Source of the DNA: Mytilus trossulus
Taxonomy: Eukaryota
Reading direction: 5' to 3'
Length of the DNA: 64,000 nucleotides
Assembly (NCBI RefSeq): GCF_036588685.1
Contig: NC_086384.1
Coordinates: forward strand, 8,680,001-8,744,000
In this document: positions 14,801 to 29,800 of the stretch, one piece after another
Layout: every line of letters begins with the position of its first letter
How positions within the stretch are numbered: the stretch's first letter is position 1
The notes under the pieces: generated by a model
Told to the model about the DNA's origin: nothing
The model's input: the letters and a program-made list of their open reading frames with translations, nothing else
Database searches by the model: none
Made by a program: the position numbers and the translations under genes

Positions 14801-17800
14801 CAAATTATGCAGGCTACGTGTGACCAAAAAGCTTCTCTCTTTTTTTATTGCACTTCGCTTGGACCTAGAAAGTTACAAGTTCTCATAACTTTGCACTTTG
14901 GAATAGTTTATTCTATAAAGTCCAAAATATTAAAGGATTAATTCTAGACAAGTTCAAAAAGACATTATATCGATATAAACATGTAACGCTCAGAAGAATG
15001 GACATGCCTGTACAAAAATAAAACATCAATTATACAGCAAAAACACAGTCTAACCAAACATATAAATTAACTAAGAAAAACACGAAAATTATCAGAGTTG
15101 AAATCAATAATATAATATGAGGATTACCAAGACTGTTTTTTTAGGAAAAATATCCAAATGTGCATGCGTCCGGTAAGAAAAATAAAGAAGACGAAAAGAA
15201 AAATAAAGAAAATGAGAAGAAGAAGAAACGAAAAGAGAAAAAGAAAATTAAAATAAATGAAAAGATTGATAAGGAAGGTGAAAAGAATAACAAGGGAGAT
15301 AAAATAAATAATGAAGGACAAGTTATACATATTGAAGGAGATGAAATTAATATAGAACGAAATAAAATGAATAAAGAAGAACATAAAATGAATAATGAAG
15401 AACATGAAATGAATAATGAAGAACATGAAATGAATAATGAAGAACATGAAATGAGTAATGAAGAACATGAAATGAATAATAAACAAGGAGAAGACAATAA
15501 TCATATGGGAGGTGCGAAGAAAAGGCGAAAACGATTGGCTATTGCAAATGTGGAACGTTACTGGCCAAAGGCAATCATACCTTATGTGTGGACTCAATAC
15601 TACGAGGGTATGTATGAACGGACTGTTATACAGGTGTGGTCACGGTTCTATAACATTAAATAATTAGATAGTGTTTTTTTATAATATATTTTTGATTATA
15701 TGTGTGTGCATTGTCATTCACACTAATGTTTCTTCATTAGATAATTACATGTAGTTTATTCGACACATTTAATGACATCACACCTATGATTTTTATGATA
15801 ATATATGACAATAAGGAGAGTTTGTGTAACAACTCATAACCATGTCCAAAGGACATGTATGGTGACAACAATATATCACCGTACGATCATGGCCATTGAC
15901 CAAACTCATACCGTACAGTAAGGTATAAAAGACCCCTACATGAAAAAAAAAATCAATGACCTAATTTTTTCAAAATTTTAAATGACAAATAAATATGGCA
16001 GAGAGTTAACAACGAAATTTCTTAAATATAGCAACTTTGAATAGAAATATTTGTAAGTGTATTTTCCTCTCATGCATTAACTTTACTCATACAAAAGAAA
16101 AGAAAAAGAAACAGGTCTACATCATTTAAATTATGTTTACTCTGAATGGAAACACATTGTGTAAGCATGTAATTCTTTACTTCTGATTAAAATACAAATA
16201 TTGCAGATTGCTTTTGTTACTAAATCTTCAGATTCTATAATTATTACTTCTTAAAACTAATTTTATAACCTCTAGGAGATAATGCAATCAGAAAAAGAGG
16301 CGTTTACAGAGCTTTCCGTCATATTGAATACTGGACTTGTGTACGTTTTGTTGAGTGGACAAACAGTACCCGTGCTGACTATGGACTGAACCATGACAGT
16401 AGATTAAAGTTTATAAGAACAGGAGGGTTTGTAATAATTGACATTGTTTTTTTCTTTCGTTTCTTTGTCACTGTATTTCATTTTATTTGTGGTCTCTGAT
16501 TTGATTTTCAAAAGTAAGGATATGTGATATGATTGATAATGAGACAACTATTCAACAGAGATAAAACGAGATGTTTCTAGACAATTAAAGTTCACGAAGC
16601 AGCCATCAACAATGAACAAACCTCATACCGTACAGTCAGCCAAAAAAGTCAGTACACATCCAACATCTAATGTATTTAGTGTAAAGACGTCATAAGCACT
16701 GAGAGGAAAACATTCAGCAATGCCAAGATACAGATATCGACATATTATAGATCCATGAAATGTGTATATGTATATTAATATTAGTTTGCTTTTGATGTAA
16801 TATGCCAATTAAAATATTTAATAGGTGCAATAGCCTAATCGGAAGATCACCAGTTGCTCTAAATGGTCAGAAAATCAACTGCTGTGACGATGTGAGTTTT
16901 AGTTATTGTTTATATGTCGATTGACACTCAATGTACTGTAATACTAGTAAATATACAATATTTAAAATTTTTTATCAATATCAAATTCGTATAAATCTGA
17001 AGCATCAATATAATCTCGGGAGCTCTGCCTGAGAAAACATATTAATAAGGGCTTGATGCAGTATGTGATATTAAAAAACGAGTTAGTATGGTATGTGACA
17101 TGATAAACAAAACAATATTAATATATATGTATATAGATATAGATTCTACCACTGCATCGAGTGTAATACGATATTTATCCACTCGAGACAGTTAGATTTT
17201 AAAATTGAAAACGCGAGGCTTGCCCGAGCGTTTTTAATATACAAAATTTAACTGTCGAGAGTGGATACATATCGTATGACATGAGGTTTGGTGGTGGAAT
17301 CTGTTTCTCTAATGATTTTCTAACATAATGCAGGCAAATTTATTCCTTTCGAATGATCTGCAAAAAGATGTGCTCTTATGTGACGTCATCAGACATGGTC
17401 GTCTTTATTCATGCCGTCACAATAGGAAATTCAGAGGAAAGCAAAAAAAAAATCGACGTCATAATCGGATTTAAACCAATGAAATACTGATATCAAAATA
17501 ACCACACGTTGAATTTTTTTATATATTGGGTGCTGAAAGGGATAAATTTACGAAGAATTAGAGAAACTTTATTATGCATCTTACGTGTAACTTGATGTAA
17601 CTGTCTTTTAAAATACACATTTGAAATGATTATCTATAGACGTTATACAAATATACACATATGTGTAGCCCTTTTATGATGTCGATATGATAAGAGAAAC
17701 ATATTGACTAAGGAAAAAGTTTGAGGTCGATATGTCTTATATAATATCGTCTTGACCGCAACCAAAGGCTACAAATGTTATATTATTTATAAACAACTTT

Positions 17801-20800
17801 TGCATGAACATTGGGGGATTTTTAGAATGTAGTTTTAAAATCTGCGTATACCCTATACAAAATGCTGTTTTAGACCAACGAAAAGCTTTTCAAAGAAATA
17901 ATATGCCGTGCAAACTAAGTAAATACAGATGTACATGCGATCAAGTTTTAAGGAATCACACATCCTTGAAAATATATGATTTACTTTTAATCAATTATGG
18001 ATATTTGACGTGGTCAATACGTCATACATTGACCGATAACGAATGGTTATAATTAAATAGTTGTTCTTATTAATTACTGATACTATTTATAACTGAAAAA
18101 TTGTATTAAAAGAGTGGCGAAATATACCAGAAGGACATTCAAACTCATAAGTCTAAAATAAACCGACAACGTATAACCACTACTTAACAAAACATAAATA
18201 CAAATAGACAAACAAAAGTAAATAATGTCTGATTCAATGGATGTTTTAATCATAGTATAATTCTATTTCTATTTAAAAACTGATATTCATCATCTTACCG
18301 TCTCATTAATTATCAAATAATAATATTTTAATTGACACATTGTATTTATTTTTCAGAGAACATGTGTTCATGAATTAGGTCATTCAATTGGACTATTCCA
18401 TGAACAAAGAAGTCCCTTTGGCAGAGATTATGTACGGGTTTCTTACGACAATATTAATACTGAAGGTTTGGACTTTCTTTCTAATGATTTGATTTGATTT
18501 TTTATGTGTTAACACCACTTTTAAGCACCGCATTAAGGCTATTTCATGGCGGCCAGTTTTTTTTTATTGGCGGAGGAAGCCGGAGTGCCCCGAGAAAACC
18601 GCCGATCTTTAATATAGCAAAGTTGACAATCCTAGTCAATTAAGTTTGGAGTCGAGGTAAACACCCATGAGAGGAGTTTGAACTCACACCCACAGTGTTG
18701 ACTGGTTAGTGATTACAGTAGAAACTACTTAGGCTACTCGGCCAACGAGGTCCCCTATTTTTTTTTATTTTTTTTTTAAATGCTATGTATCAATAACGGC
18801 GACAGTAATACACCGCTGTTCGAAAGTCATGAATCGATTAAGAGAAAACGAAACCGGGTTATAAACCAAAACCGGAGGAAACTTATCAACTATTAGAGGA
18901 AAACAACAGAAAAATTTAAGTCCCATCAAAACACCAAACAACAATGTAACAAAAACAAAAACGAACTATAAGACTAAATTTCTAATCATATATTAGACGT
19001 AAATTAATCTGGTTAGGTTTAAATCTGCAACAATAACACACACATACACTCACATTTATATTTTACTTTTCAACCTTTTCTTTGTTTAACAAATTATTGT
19101 TTTGGTCAATTACGTATTCAACGGATAATCATTTATATTTTGTTGAATATTTTCTATTGCTTGACAAGTCTCAATCTTATCTTTTGCATAATGAAAAAAC
19201 CTTAGTCAAGATTGCTTAGAAGTTTTTCCAGTGGTGATTTTTGTAAAAAACTATTTAAGCGTAAAAGCCACACGACAATTTGACAAAAATATAACTTCTG
19301 ATTTGTATATTTTCCTTATCTCCATTAAATCATATACACAACACTCGCACTATGTTAATTCTATTCGATATTCAAGCATAATTTTTTTATAATGTTCTCT
19401 ATATACCAAGTCATGAATATGACAGTTGTTATCAAATAGTCATTTTCTATGTATGCTAGAGTTTGTTTTTTGTTGCACCTACATGTTTCTGATGTTCCGT
19501 TGTTTTTCTATTAAATTGTTGATTTGTTTCCCTCGGTGTTAGTTTGTATCCCAGAGTTGTTTTATGACTTATGAACAGCGGTATACAACTGTTGCCTTTA
19601 TTTATTATAAAAAAAACAATTGTGTGTTCTTGTGAGCAACAGTAGAATGTTTGCCATAATAAACAATAATAATATGGGGTTTGCGAATATCTATTGTGGA
19701 CACAAATAAACAAATTGTTGACGTTTCGTCCCCGAGGATATCACCAGCCCAGTCGTCAGCACTTTGTTGTTGACACGAATATCAATAATGTGGTCATTTA
19801 GATTTTTTTTCGAAAAACTAAGGATTTTCTTATTTCAGGAATAGATAAAACCTAAGCCGTATTTGCACAACTTTTTGGAATTTAAGATCCTCAATGCTCT
19901 TCAATTTTGTACTTTATAACTATTTTGATATGAGCGTCACTGATGACTCTTATGTAAACGAAACGCGCGTCTGGCGTACTGAATTATAATCCTGGTATCT
20001 TTGATAACTTTCTGAAGAATTGCCAAATGATCATGCAGAAATGTCTTAACTGTAGTACGCTTTACACAAGTATATTTAAGTGTATAACATAAGCCTGTCT
20101 TATGTATATATATTGTTTTATCAGATTTATTTCGTTAATTTTAATATCAATTATATGGTCATTTTTATAAATTTTCTGTTTACAAAACTTTGATTTTTCA
20201 ACAACTAAGGGTTTTCTTACGCCCAGGAGTAGATTACCTTAGCCGTATTTGGCACAACTTTTTGGAATTTTGGGTCTTCAATGCTCTTCAACTTTGTATT
20301 TGTTTGGCTTTTTAACTTTTTTGATCTGAGCGTCACTGATGAGTCTTATGTGGACGAAACGCGCGTCTGGCGTATTAAATTATAATCCTGGTACCTTTGA
20401 TAACTGTTTACACCACCGGGTCGATGCCACTGCTGGTGGACGTTTCGTCCCCGAGGGTATCACCAGCCCAGTAGTCAGCACTTCGGTGTTGACATGAATA
20501 TCAATTATATGGTCATTTTTATAAATTTTCTGTTTACAAAACTTTGATTTTTCAAAAACTAAGGGTTTTCTTACGCCCAGGAGTAGATTACCTTAGCCGT
20601 ATTTGGCACAACTTTTTGGAATTTTGGGTCTTCAATGCTCTTCAACTTTGTATTTGTTTGGCTTTTTAACTTTTTTGATCTGAGCGTCACTGATGAGTCT
20701 TATGTGGACGAAACGCGCGTCTGGCGTATTAAATTATAATCCTGGTACCTTTGATAACTGTTTTCATTAATATCAGGATAAATGCACTTACATAATTTTT

Positions 20801-23800
20801 GTTTTATATATCTGTCCTTATTACACGTCAAGAAGCGCTATAATCCTACACGACCAAAGCAAAGTTTTTTTTAAAACAAATCTCAGGGAATGACTAAGCT
20901 TGAATAGTAAAAAACGTACTCAGTAAAAGAATTAATTTTACAAAGTTTAACGTAACCATCGTTATAAAATTTCATTTTATTTTGTGAAGATAGATATTTG
21001 AATATATAGTATACCCGTGTAAAGAAATGTTATGAGTTTAGCGGCTCAGAAGGTCACTCTTTCCTGAAGTTGATCTATTTGTCTAGAATTAAGCACTAAG
21101 GGTGCACATGTGAATAAGGAACGGCCAGACCTCTCTTAGATCATTCCCGGGTTTGATGGGGTTCATGTTGCGCAGACATAAGTTTTCTATGTTGGTTTTT
21201 TTATTGTACCATTTGTTTTCCTTGAATAACTTAGTATGTCTTTTTGGTATCTTTCGACTCTTTTAACAAACATCATTTAATATATGTTAAGTATATACAA
21301 TGTTTTTCAACGCTTAATTTTTCAATAACTTATGTATGATTGTAGCTACCAATGTACAGAACTTTAACAAAATAGCCTCAAATATAATCCGATTCTATGG
21401 AAGATACGATTTGTCCTCATTGATGCATTATGGAGCATTTGTAAGTAGGACATAGTCATTAGTTATAGTTTTTTGTTTGTTTATAGGATGAAGCAAAAGG
21501 TTTCAGACTATAAGTATCCATGAAGAACAAACAGTTGTACTGATAGAATAGATCTAGACAAACATCAAATTATTGTTTTTCTTTGGGATGATTTGTTTTG
21601 TCAAAATCAACTATGTTTTAATAAGACTTTATGAAACGATTGAAGTGCAGTTTTGTTATAATATCACCACCATCCCCAAAAACATAATGATGCAACACTT
21701 TTGTCTATTACTTTTGATAATTTATCAACAGAGGAACATAACACTATGTGATCAAGCTTTGCCGAATACAAAACACTATTCAAGAATATTTGAATTTTAA
21801 TCGAACATGCCAATTTTCAGATATATGGTGTTTTCCTAGATTTTGAATGTTATATAAAGAAACAATAGTATAATCAACAAATCAAGAATATCAACATACA
21901 ACAAACATGAAAATGCTACATTTGCAATATAAAATCTTCACAATTGATAATTTATTTACCTCACTTCTAGATGTGTACGACACGCTGACGTGAGTGACGT
22001 ACACAAGGTCAGGTAAAATTTATTTAAACCATTATATGTGCTTCTTCTAATAACAAATTTACTGAGAAATTTTTTATCCAATCGACAAACACATGATTTA
22101 TGAAGTTGTAGTATAGCATACTGAATATTTGTTTCATTGCATGTGATACACTCAGCATGGACACATTGACTACCAAGATACTCTGAAAGTACTAGATTCT
22201 GACCACGAGTTAATTTTACTGAATGGCGACCCCACTGACTATTATATGTTTGAAGTTATCAACGACATAAATAATTGTAAAGGTAATATCTACTGGAAAT
22301 CATTTAATATTGCATAGATATGTGACGTTTTAGTTTGCAAATTAATGATTTTGAATATATAAAAGTCTGTTAAATCATTTAGGCATTTTAATATTCTAAT
22401 TTCATTTAGTTTCTTCGACCATAGTGAATGAATCATATGATGTTTTACTAAGCAATATAACGAATAAGACTTATAATATTATATGAACAGTGAAAAAAAA
22501 ATATGTGACTAGTAAAACAGGAAAGTCTTACTCGTCTGGTGCATCTGAGTTCAGACACCCTCAGAAGTGGGTTATGTTTGTCTCGATTTTAGTTGTCTAT
22601 GTATTGTGGCTGTCTTCACACAGTCATCTTTTCATGTCATGGTATAATCAGTTTCTTTTCGACTCATTCTTTATTTTAAATTGATACTTTCATTGACGAT
22701 TTGCATTATCCTGAATTCTTAATAATGTTCACTGGATTTCAGTCGCCAACAAGATGCGTATCTTATGCTATTTAGATGTTGTTTCAATTCAGCATGCACC
22801 TTTATTTAAATAAATTATACATTATAGTGAGAAAACCCTAATTCATTTTTTATTCAACTCCAATTTCTTACATACACTGAAAACTTGAGATATCAAACAC
22901 CACTTGTACCATAAGAACAAGGGTGATAAAAAGTAATGAAGAAAACATGTTTGATAACAACTTCATTTGAGAGTAACACACCACCAGAAGTTTAGCAAGC
23001 ATCACCATACAGGTAGAAGCACCAATTATTGATATAAATGTAGATGTTTTTAACCGTTGTAGCTTTACATTGTGGGGACTTTCCTTTACAATGTGATAAT
23101 TGGGGATACCAAACAGTAATACGAGATCGATGCCAGTGTCGGTGTATAGAAGGTTTAGATCCGCACTCGGGATGTACTTCATTATACTATTCAGGTGACT
23201 TGTATATTCAATTTAGTTATGTATCATGACGATTTTAGAAATGTTTTCTACGCACATGAATAACATTCTTTTAAAACCAAATGTCTACAGTTATGATTTA
23301 AATTTTATAAATGTACATGCATAACGTTAACCGCCTTACTAGGACGTTGTCGTTTAAGATTTTTGTCTGTTTCAATCTGTTATGCTTATAATATGCATTT
23401 TCAACCACAGCAGACATATGCCAATCTTAAGATATAAAGGAAAACATACTTTCATAATGGTATTTGTTATTTATCTTTTCGATTTGTTTTCGCGGGAAAC
23501 CTGAGATAGTCTGTAGCTGTGCGACAAGGATCTCAAAGGTACTGACATCGACAATGACAATACTAGCAGTAAGAACAGATAAAATAAAGACAGTAGTGTA
23601 CTTGTCCTAAAGTCACTTTAGGATAGCGGTTAACAAAATGCAAATATCATAAATAAAAAGGGAACAAATCAAACCGTATAACAGCCAGTCATAAACTATT
23701 CAAACTAAAATACAGCTGTAAACCTCTTAACAACATGACTTGTCTAAACAAAGAAAGATCTAAAATAACGACTGAAAAGTAACAGCTATTGACTGACAGA

Positions 23801-26800
23801 TAAGTAATACTTTCAATATTTTATATGTTCATGTATTAAATGATACTCATTTTTGGCTTGTAGATTTAACAGCTGTAGAAAATTGGCCCTCGGAAGGCTT
23901 CTCTCTTCTTAAACCCAAGACAGGTTGTCCTATTGGATTTATCGAGGGAAATATAAAATATACAACACTTCGAAACAGCCAATCGATTAATCATGGGGCA
24001 TTTATAACAATGGATGGCCAAACTTTGACACAGTCTTTTTGTACCAGGAAATCATCAGTTGGTGGTGAAAGTGTCCGATGGGGACCTGGAAAATACTGTA
24101 TATATCAACATGGTAATTCATGTCCGTCAGGTAAGATATATACACTGTTATCACAATTAATTGTTAAATAAATAAAAAATTAAAATGTAAATGGTATCTA
24201 TGATGAGTTTATTTAAAACAGTTTGAATTCGTATATCCAATACAATTGTTACAGCAAACTTTTTAAATAAATTCAAATAAAAAAAATCTCGATGCTAAAA
24301 TATCTTAAATTAGTATAACAATTATTTTTTTTTCTACTTTTTGTCTTGATCAATACAATTTAGTTTCAAAAACAATTTGAACACTATATTATCTTTATAA
24401 ATAGCGATGTTATTATCTTGAATGTTATGACAGCATTGTGAAGAGATACATTTTTCTCCAAATAATAGGTGAAATATTAAATGTTAAAAAGCTTGTTGTT
24501 TCCTATTCCTTTATGATTACTGGAATAATTAATTGAACGCAATTAATTATGTTGCATGATAAACATGTCTACCTCTAGTTGCTTGTTTTATAAACCAAAC
24601 ACAGAAACGTTTGTTAAGCAATATAAATTTAACTACCGATCATTTATAATGACAGGATTTACCATTGGAGCTGCAAGGATAGATACAATAGATATCCCAG
24701 TTACAGATGGGTTTCAACCTGACGGAGAGTACGATAAAGATGTTCTATGGCAGTTTTGTTGTCGGTCAGATGATAGACTAACTAAACCTCTCTATTTACC
24801 AAACAAGGAACCGTTTATACTTTTCCAGAAAACTTTCTATGGATGTCAAGCCGTACATGGTAGGTCAACTTATATTTGCTTTTTATATAACTAATCCGTA
24901 TTTTGCACAACTTTTTGGAATTTATGGTTCTCATTGCTCTTAAACTTGGTACTCGCTTTGTCTTTTTAACTATTTTGATCTGAACGTCACTGATGTGTCT
25001 TATGTAGACCAAACGCGCGTCTGACGTATCAAACTATAATTGGGTACATTTGATAACTATTTACACATTAGTTAGATTTCACAGCTGGTTGACGTTTCGT
25101 CCCCGAGGATATCATTAGCCCAATAGAAAACACTTTGTTGTTGGCACGAACATAAACTATATGGTCATTTTTATGAATTTAACTGTTTGCAATAGTATGA
25201 TTTATAAAAAAAAATATGGGCTTTCGAATCCCAGGCTAAGATTTCCTAAGACGAAATTTAGCACAATGTTTTGGAATGTTAGACCTCAACGCTCTTCAAC
25301 TTTTAATCTTGTTTTGGCTTTATAACATTATTGATCAGGGCGAAACTGATAAGTCACACGTAGACGGAACGCGCGTCTAGAGTATCAAATAATAAGCCTG
25401 GTACCTTTGATAGCTATTCGATCAGCTTCCAATATATTTATAAAAAATATAAGTGATTATTAGATAAAACAAAAACATTATTCAATTATTTATCACATTA
25501 TAATGAGTTTTGTTATACTGTTGGTCGTCTTATTTGGCGGTGACTTTGCCAGTTTAACTTCGACTTATGTACTTGGAAGAACCTTTGGTATCTTTAGCCT
25601 CTCTCCTATGTGTGTGACAGTAAACGATACTTTTCCTGTTTTGCTAATATCTAGTATTCAATTTGTCAACTAGGTATTCATATAATCATGAACATATTTA
25701 TCAAATTAAATGTCTTATTGTCATTTCGGATATAGCAGTACTTTTTAAATAGTTAAATAAGCTTTAAAGCTTCTATATTTCTAGGATGGCCATACAAATT
25801 GGCGTTCACATTTGCATCTAGTTATTTATCGGTAAAAAGACACCTTTTTGTAGTACTATAAAAAAAGTAAAATCACAAAAATACTAGGAAAATTCAAAAC
25901 GATAAGTCCTGAATCAAATGGCAAAACCAAAAGCTAAAACACATCAAACGAATGATTAATAACAAACTTTTTAAAAAGTCAAATCACAAAAATACTATAG
26001 AGGAAAAAATCGATTCGGAAAGTCCATAATCACATGGCAAAATCAAATAACAAAACGCATCAAAAACGAATAGACAAGAACTATCATATTCCTGACTAGG
26101 TACAGGCATTTTTAAATGTAGAAAATGGTGGATTAAACCTTGTTTTATAGCAGTAACCCGCTAACTTTGATGGCAGTCTCATCTAATTCCGTTATATTTA
26201 CATTGATGCGTTAACTAAACAGACACAATAAATGAAATAGTCAAAATATGGGTACATCAGTCATCGTAGTATAACAATTTTAAAAGAAACAATTTAGCAG
26301 AACACAAAAACATCTACTCTCTACAAACACATCCATTGATTTGTGTGTCTGACGTCAGAAAATTTTATACGTCACATCGATTTGTCGTTCAATGTACAAA
26401 CAAACTATTATGACTAAAAGACTATTATGTATTGATAGTATACAAACAAAGAAACTGAAAAAAGAAGAACATATTGAGGGTCTGTGTGCTTGTTTTCGAG
26501 AAATAAGCCCTTGAAAATTTGGCGGGAAATAATTATCTCTAGATTTTTCATCTATTTAACATTGACATCTAATTTGTTTCAAATACAATGAAAAAGTAAC
26601 AAGAATCTTATAAAATTTTGAAATATGTCTTTTTAAATTTTATGTTATATAATTATGAAAAGAAAAGTAGGGGTTTGTGGGCAATTTTTTACAATACGTT
26701 ACGTTAACAACTAGTAAGTGTTTCTGTATTGCGGTTAATTCGTAACACACTTGTACAACAGCCGCATTATACCCAACTACATCGACACCTATGTGTGAAC

Positions 26801-29800
26801 AAAGCAATCAGACATAATGGGTAAAATGGCAAAATTAGGGGTACATCAGTCAACATTGAGTTATAATCGTAATTCCAACGAAAACAAACATGTATTTAAC
26901 AAATAAGCATTATTATAGGTATATCCTTGAAGGATGTTAATTAGAAGTTTACTTTGTCCATGTTGCCTTCTTGTCGCTTGTCTATATGCTTATTTTGTTT
27001 TTCTTAGCCAGGTCATTATGTATCAAATAGGCATCAGGAGCCTCTGGCCTTTGTTAGTCTTGTATTTTTTTAATTTTAGTTTCTTGTGTACAATTTGGGA
27101 ATTAGTATGGCGTTCATTATCAATGAACTAGTATATATTTGTTTAGGGGCCTGCTGAATGATGCCTCCGGGTGCGGGAATTTCTCGCTACATTGAAGACC
27201 TGTTGGTGACCTTCTGATGTTGGTTTTTTTATTTGGTCGGGTTGTTGTCTCTTTGACACATTCCCCATTTCCATTCTCAATTTTATATTGACAAAGCATA
27301 GCATATATTAAAGACAAGAATACAAAAACTATGATAGAACAATAACACAAAGACGGAATGTGTTAGTACAGAGCCACGTCAAATGTAACAAAGAAACACC
27401 AAAAAATCACACGAACAAAGCATATAAGCAAACACGAAAAAAAATTTAAACAGCACAATGACGGGATGTATATGTCACCAAAAAAACAAAACAAACTGTA
27501 AAGGTAATATTATTAAAGAAAAATAAAAGAATACTATAACACGTTACTAAGATGATCAACAACGTCAGTACGCCGAATATATACTACATGACCATTGCGT
27601 ATTATTTGTGAAGTTAATACTGAAAATTTATCATCAAAGTCTTTGTACCGTCCGATGAATTGTTTTTAGGAAAAGGACGAGACGTTCTAAATCGAGGTAT
27701 AAGTCTAATTGATACGGACGAAGTCATGTCTGGAAATTATACCAACATAACATTATCACAATCTAAACTTATCAACGATTTGTTATAAATATGCTACTTG
27801 TATGTTTTTTTTTTATATTTTTAGGTATGAAATCTACAGTACAGTATTTCAAAGTGAAAAATCTTGACATGAAAGTCGCCTACAGGGGTGGCTATCATCC
27901 GCGTATCAAGGCGGCCTTTCGTCACTTTAAATTTTTCTACTGTTATTATACACCAGAAAACTTCGGTAAGTATATATTTTGATGTAGAATATTATCAATA
28001 AGATGCAACTCTAATATACGTACTCTTTAATTTAAGTTTTGAAACGATATATTAAAAGTAAATTAAAAAAAATAATCTTAGATCTAGCAAACATTTCACT
28101 GTGTTGATAGCAACTAGTCTTACATTGTTGCCTATCATTGATAAACATGTTTACGTTTAACCTGCACATCAATCTGCATTTGATATCCTAAGCCTTGGTG
28201 AATTTTCCCTAAATACGAAGCGCATTATCCACATTGATCAAAGTGAATTGTTTTTCTTCTATATGGCTATGATAATAAAAAATATTTAAAGAAATGATTT
28301 TTTTATTGATTTTTTCACAGAAAGTCAAGTGTTTTATAATCGTTGGCCTGTCGAATCGTTTTCAATGCTGAAATCTCAAGACGGGTGTCCAGAGGGATTT
28401 TCTGAAAGTTCTCTTCAGCAGTTTACAGAACCATTGCCTATTATGTCTGACACGATGTATTCAGCTGTGACGGTGGGATCAAACAACATTACGTATAAGT
28501 TTTGCTCAAAACCTAAAAGTGAGCCTTTAGGACCAACAAGCTACTGGCAGAAAGGATCGTATTGCATTCTTAGCTATACAGGAATATGTCCTACAGGTAA
28601 AGAAGGCTATTGATATGATTTTTTGCATAACATAAATAATATGAATGATTTCATCAAATGGGAAATCCTCTTAATTTTTTTTCTTACGCTTATGTATAAG
28701 TTAACAAACATAGGAAAAAACAATTAGGAAAATATGATATCCGAAATAGGGGACAGTTAATAAAAAGGTCTTATAAATAGTTATCAAAGGTACCAGGATT
28801 ATATATAAGTACGCCAGACGCGCGTTTCGTCTACATGAGACTCATCAGTGACGCTAATATCAAAATATTTATAAAGCCAAAGAAGTACAAAGTTGAAGAG
28901 CATTGAGGATCCAAAATTCCAAAAAGTTGTGCCGAATACAACTTATGTAATCTATGCCTGGGATAAGAAAATCCTTAGTTTTTCGAAAAATAAACGTTTT
29001 GTAAACAGGAAATTTATAAAAATGACCACATTATTGATATTCATGTCAACACCGAAGTATTGACTACTGGGCTGGTGATACCCTCGGGGACGAAACGTCC
29101 ACCAGCAGTGGCATCGACCCAGTGGTGTAAATAGTTATCAAAGGTACATTTGTTATTCAAATGCTATACAAAAAGTAAAATCACAAAAATACTAAACTTA
29201 GAAGAAAATCAATTCGGAAAGTCCATAATCACATGGCAAAATCAAAAAACAAAACACATCAAAAACGAATGGACAAGAACTGTCATATTCCTGACTTGGT
29301 ACAGGCATTTTCAAATGTAGAAAATGGTAGATTAAACCTTGTTTTATGGCGTTAACCCTCTCACTTAGATGACAGTATCATTAAATTCCGTTATATTTAC
29401 AATGATGCGTTAACTAAACAGACACAATAAATAAAATAGTCAAAATATGTAATATACCTCGTTCACAAAAAAAAACCAATTTAGACATCAAACGCGTTAA
29501 AATTTTCGTATGGACATAGACAATATTAATGAACTATGCTGTTTTGTCATTTTCTTGTTGCGTGAATCTGTAATTGTCTGTCATATTCATATACGGAATA
29601 AGCTATTTAAAAAAATAGTATAAACTGTTAATTTGGCGTTTGAGAGAAACATAATTGAATGATATACATTTTGTAATTATATCCGAGGTAATTGTGTCAA
29701 TGTTTAAATATATGTCAATGCTTTATTAATAGGATTTGAAGACGGATACATCAAGTTTGATGACATACAACCACCCAAAAAGTTTGAAGACCAGTATTTA

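Larger units (their letters stand above)
19720..20759 (+). mobile_element. Retrozyme array (type I hammerhead, 354-bp period), intron 7
   Basis: Hammerhead motifs at 19934-19977 (degenerate stem II), 20330-20373 and 20684-20727; the last two are 354 bp apart. Confidence 0.9.

Noticed and set aside
15124-15597. Hydrophobic - strand ORFs that look like membrane proteins
   Set aside because: Antisense shadow of the purine-rich exon 4.
18690-18755. tRNA gene
   Set aside because: A and B boxes belong to a SINE head; no full cloverleaf.
25785-25831. Possible extra exon (ctag...gtaaaa) in intron 12
   Set aside because: 47 nt would shift the frame and interrupt the complete ApeC domain.
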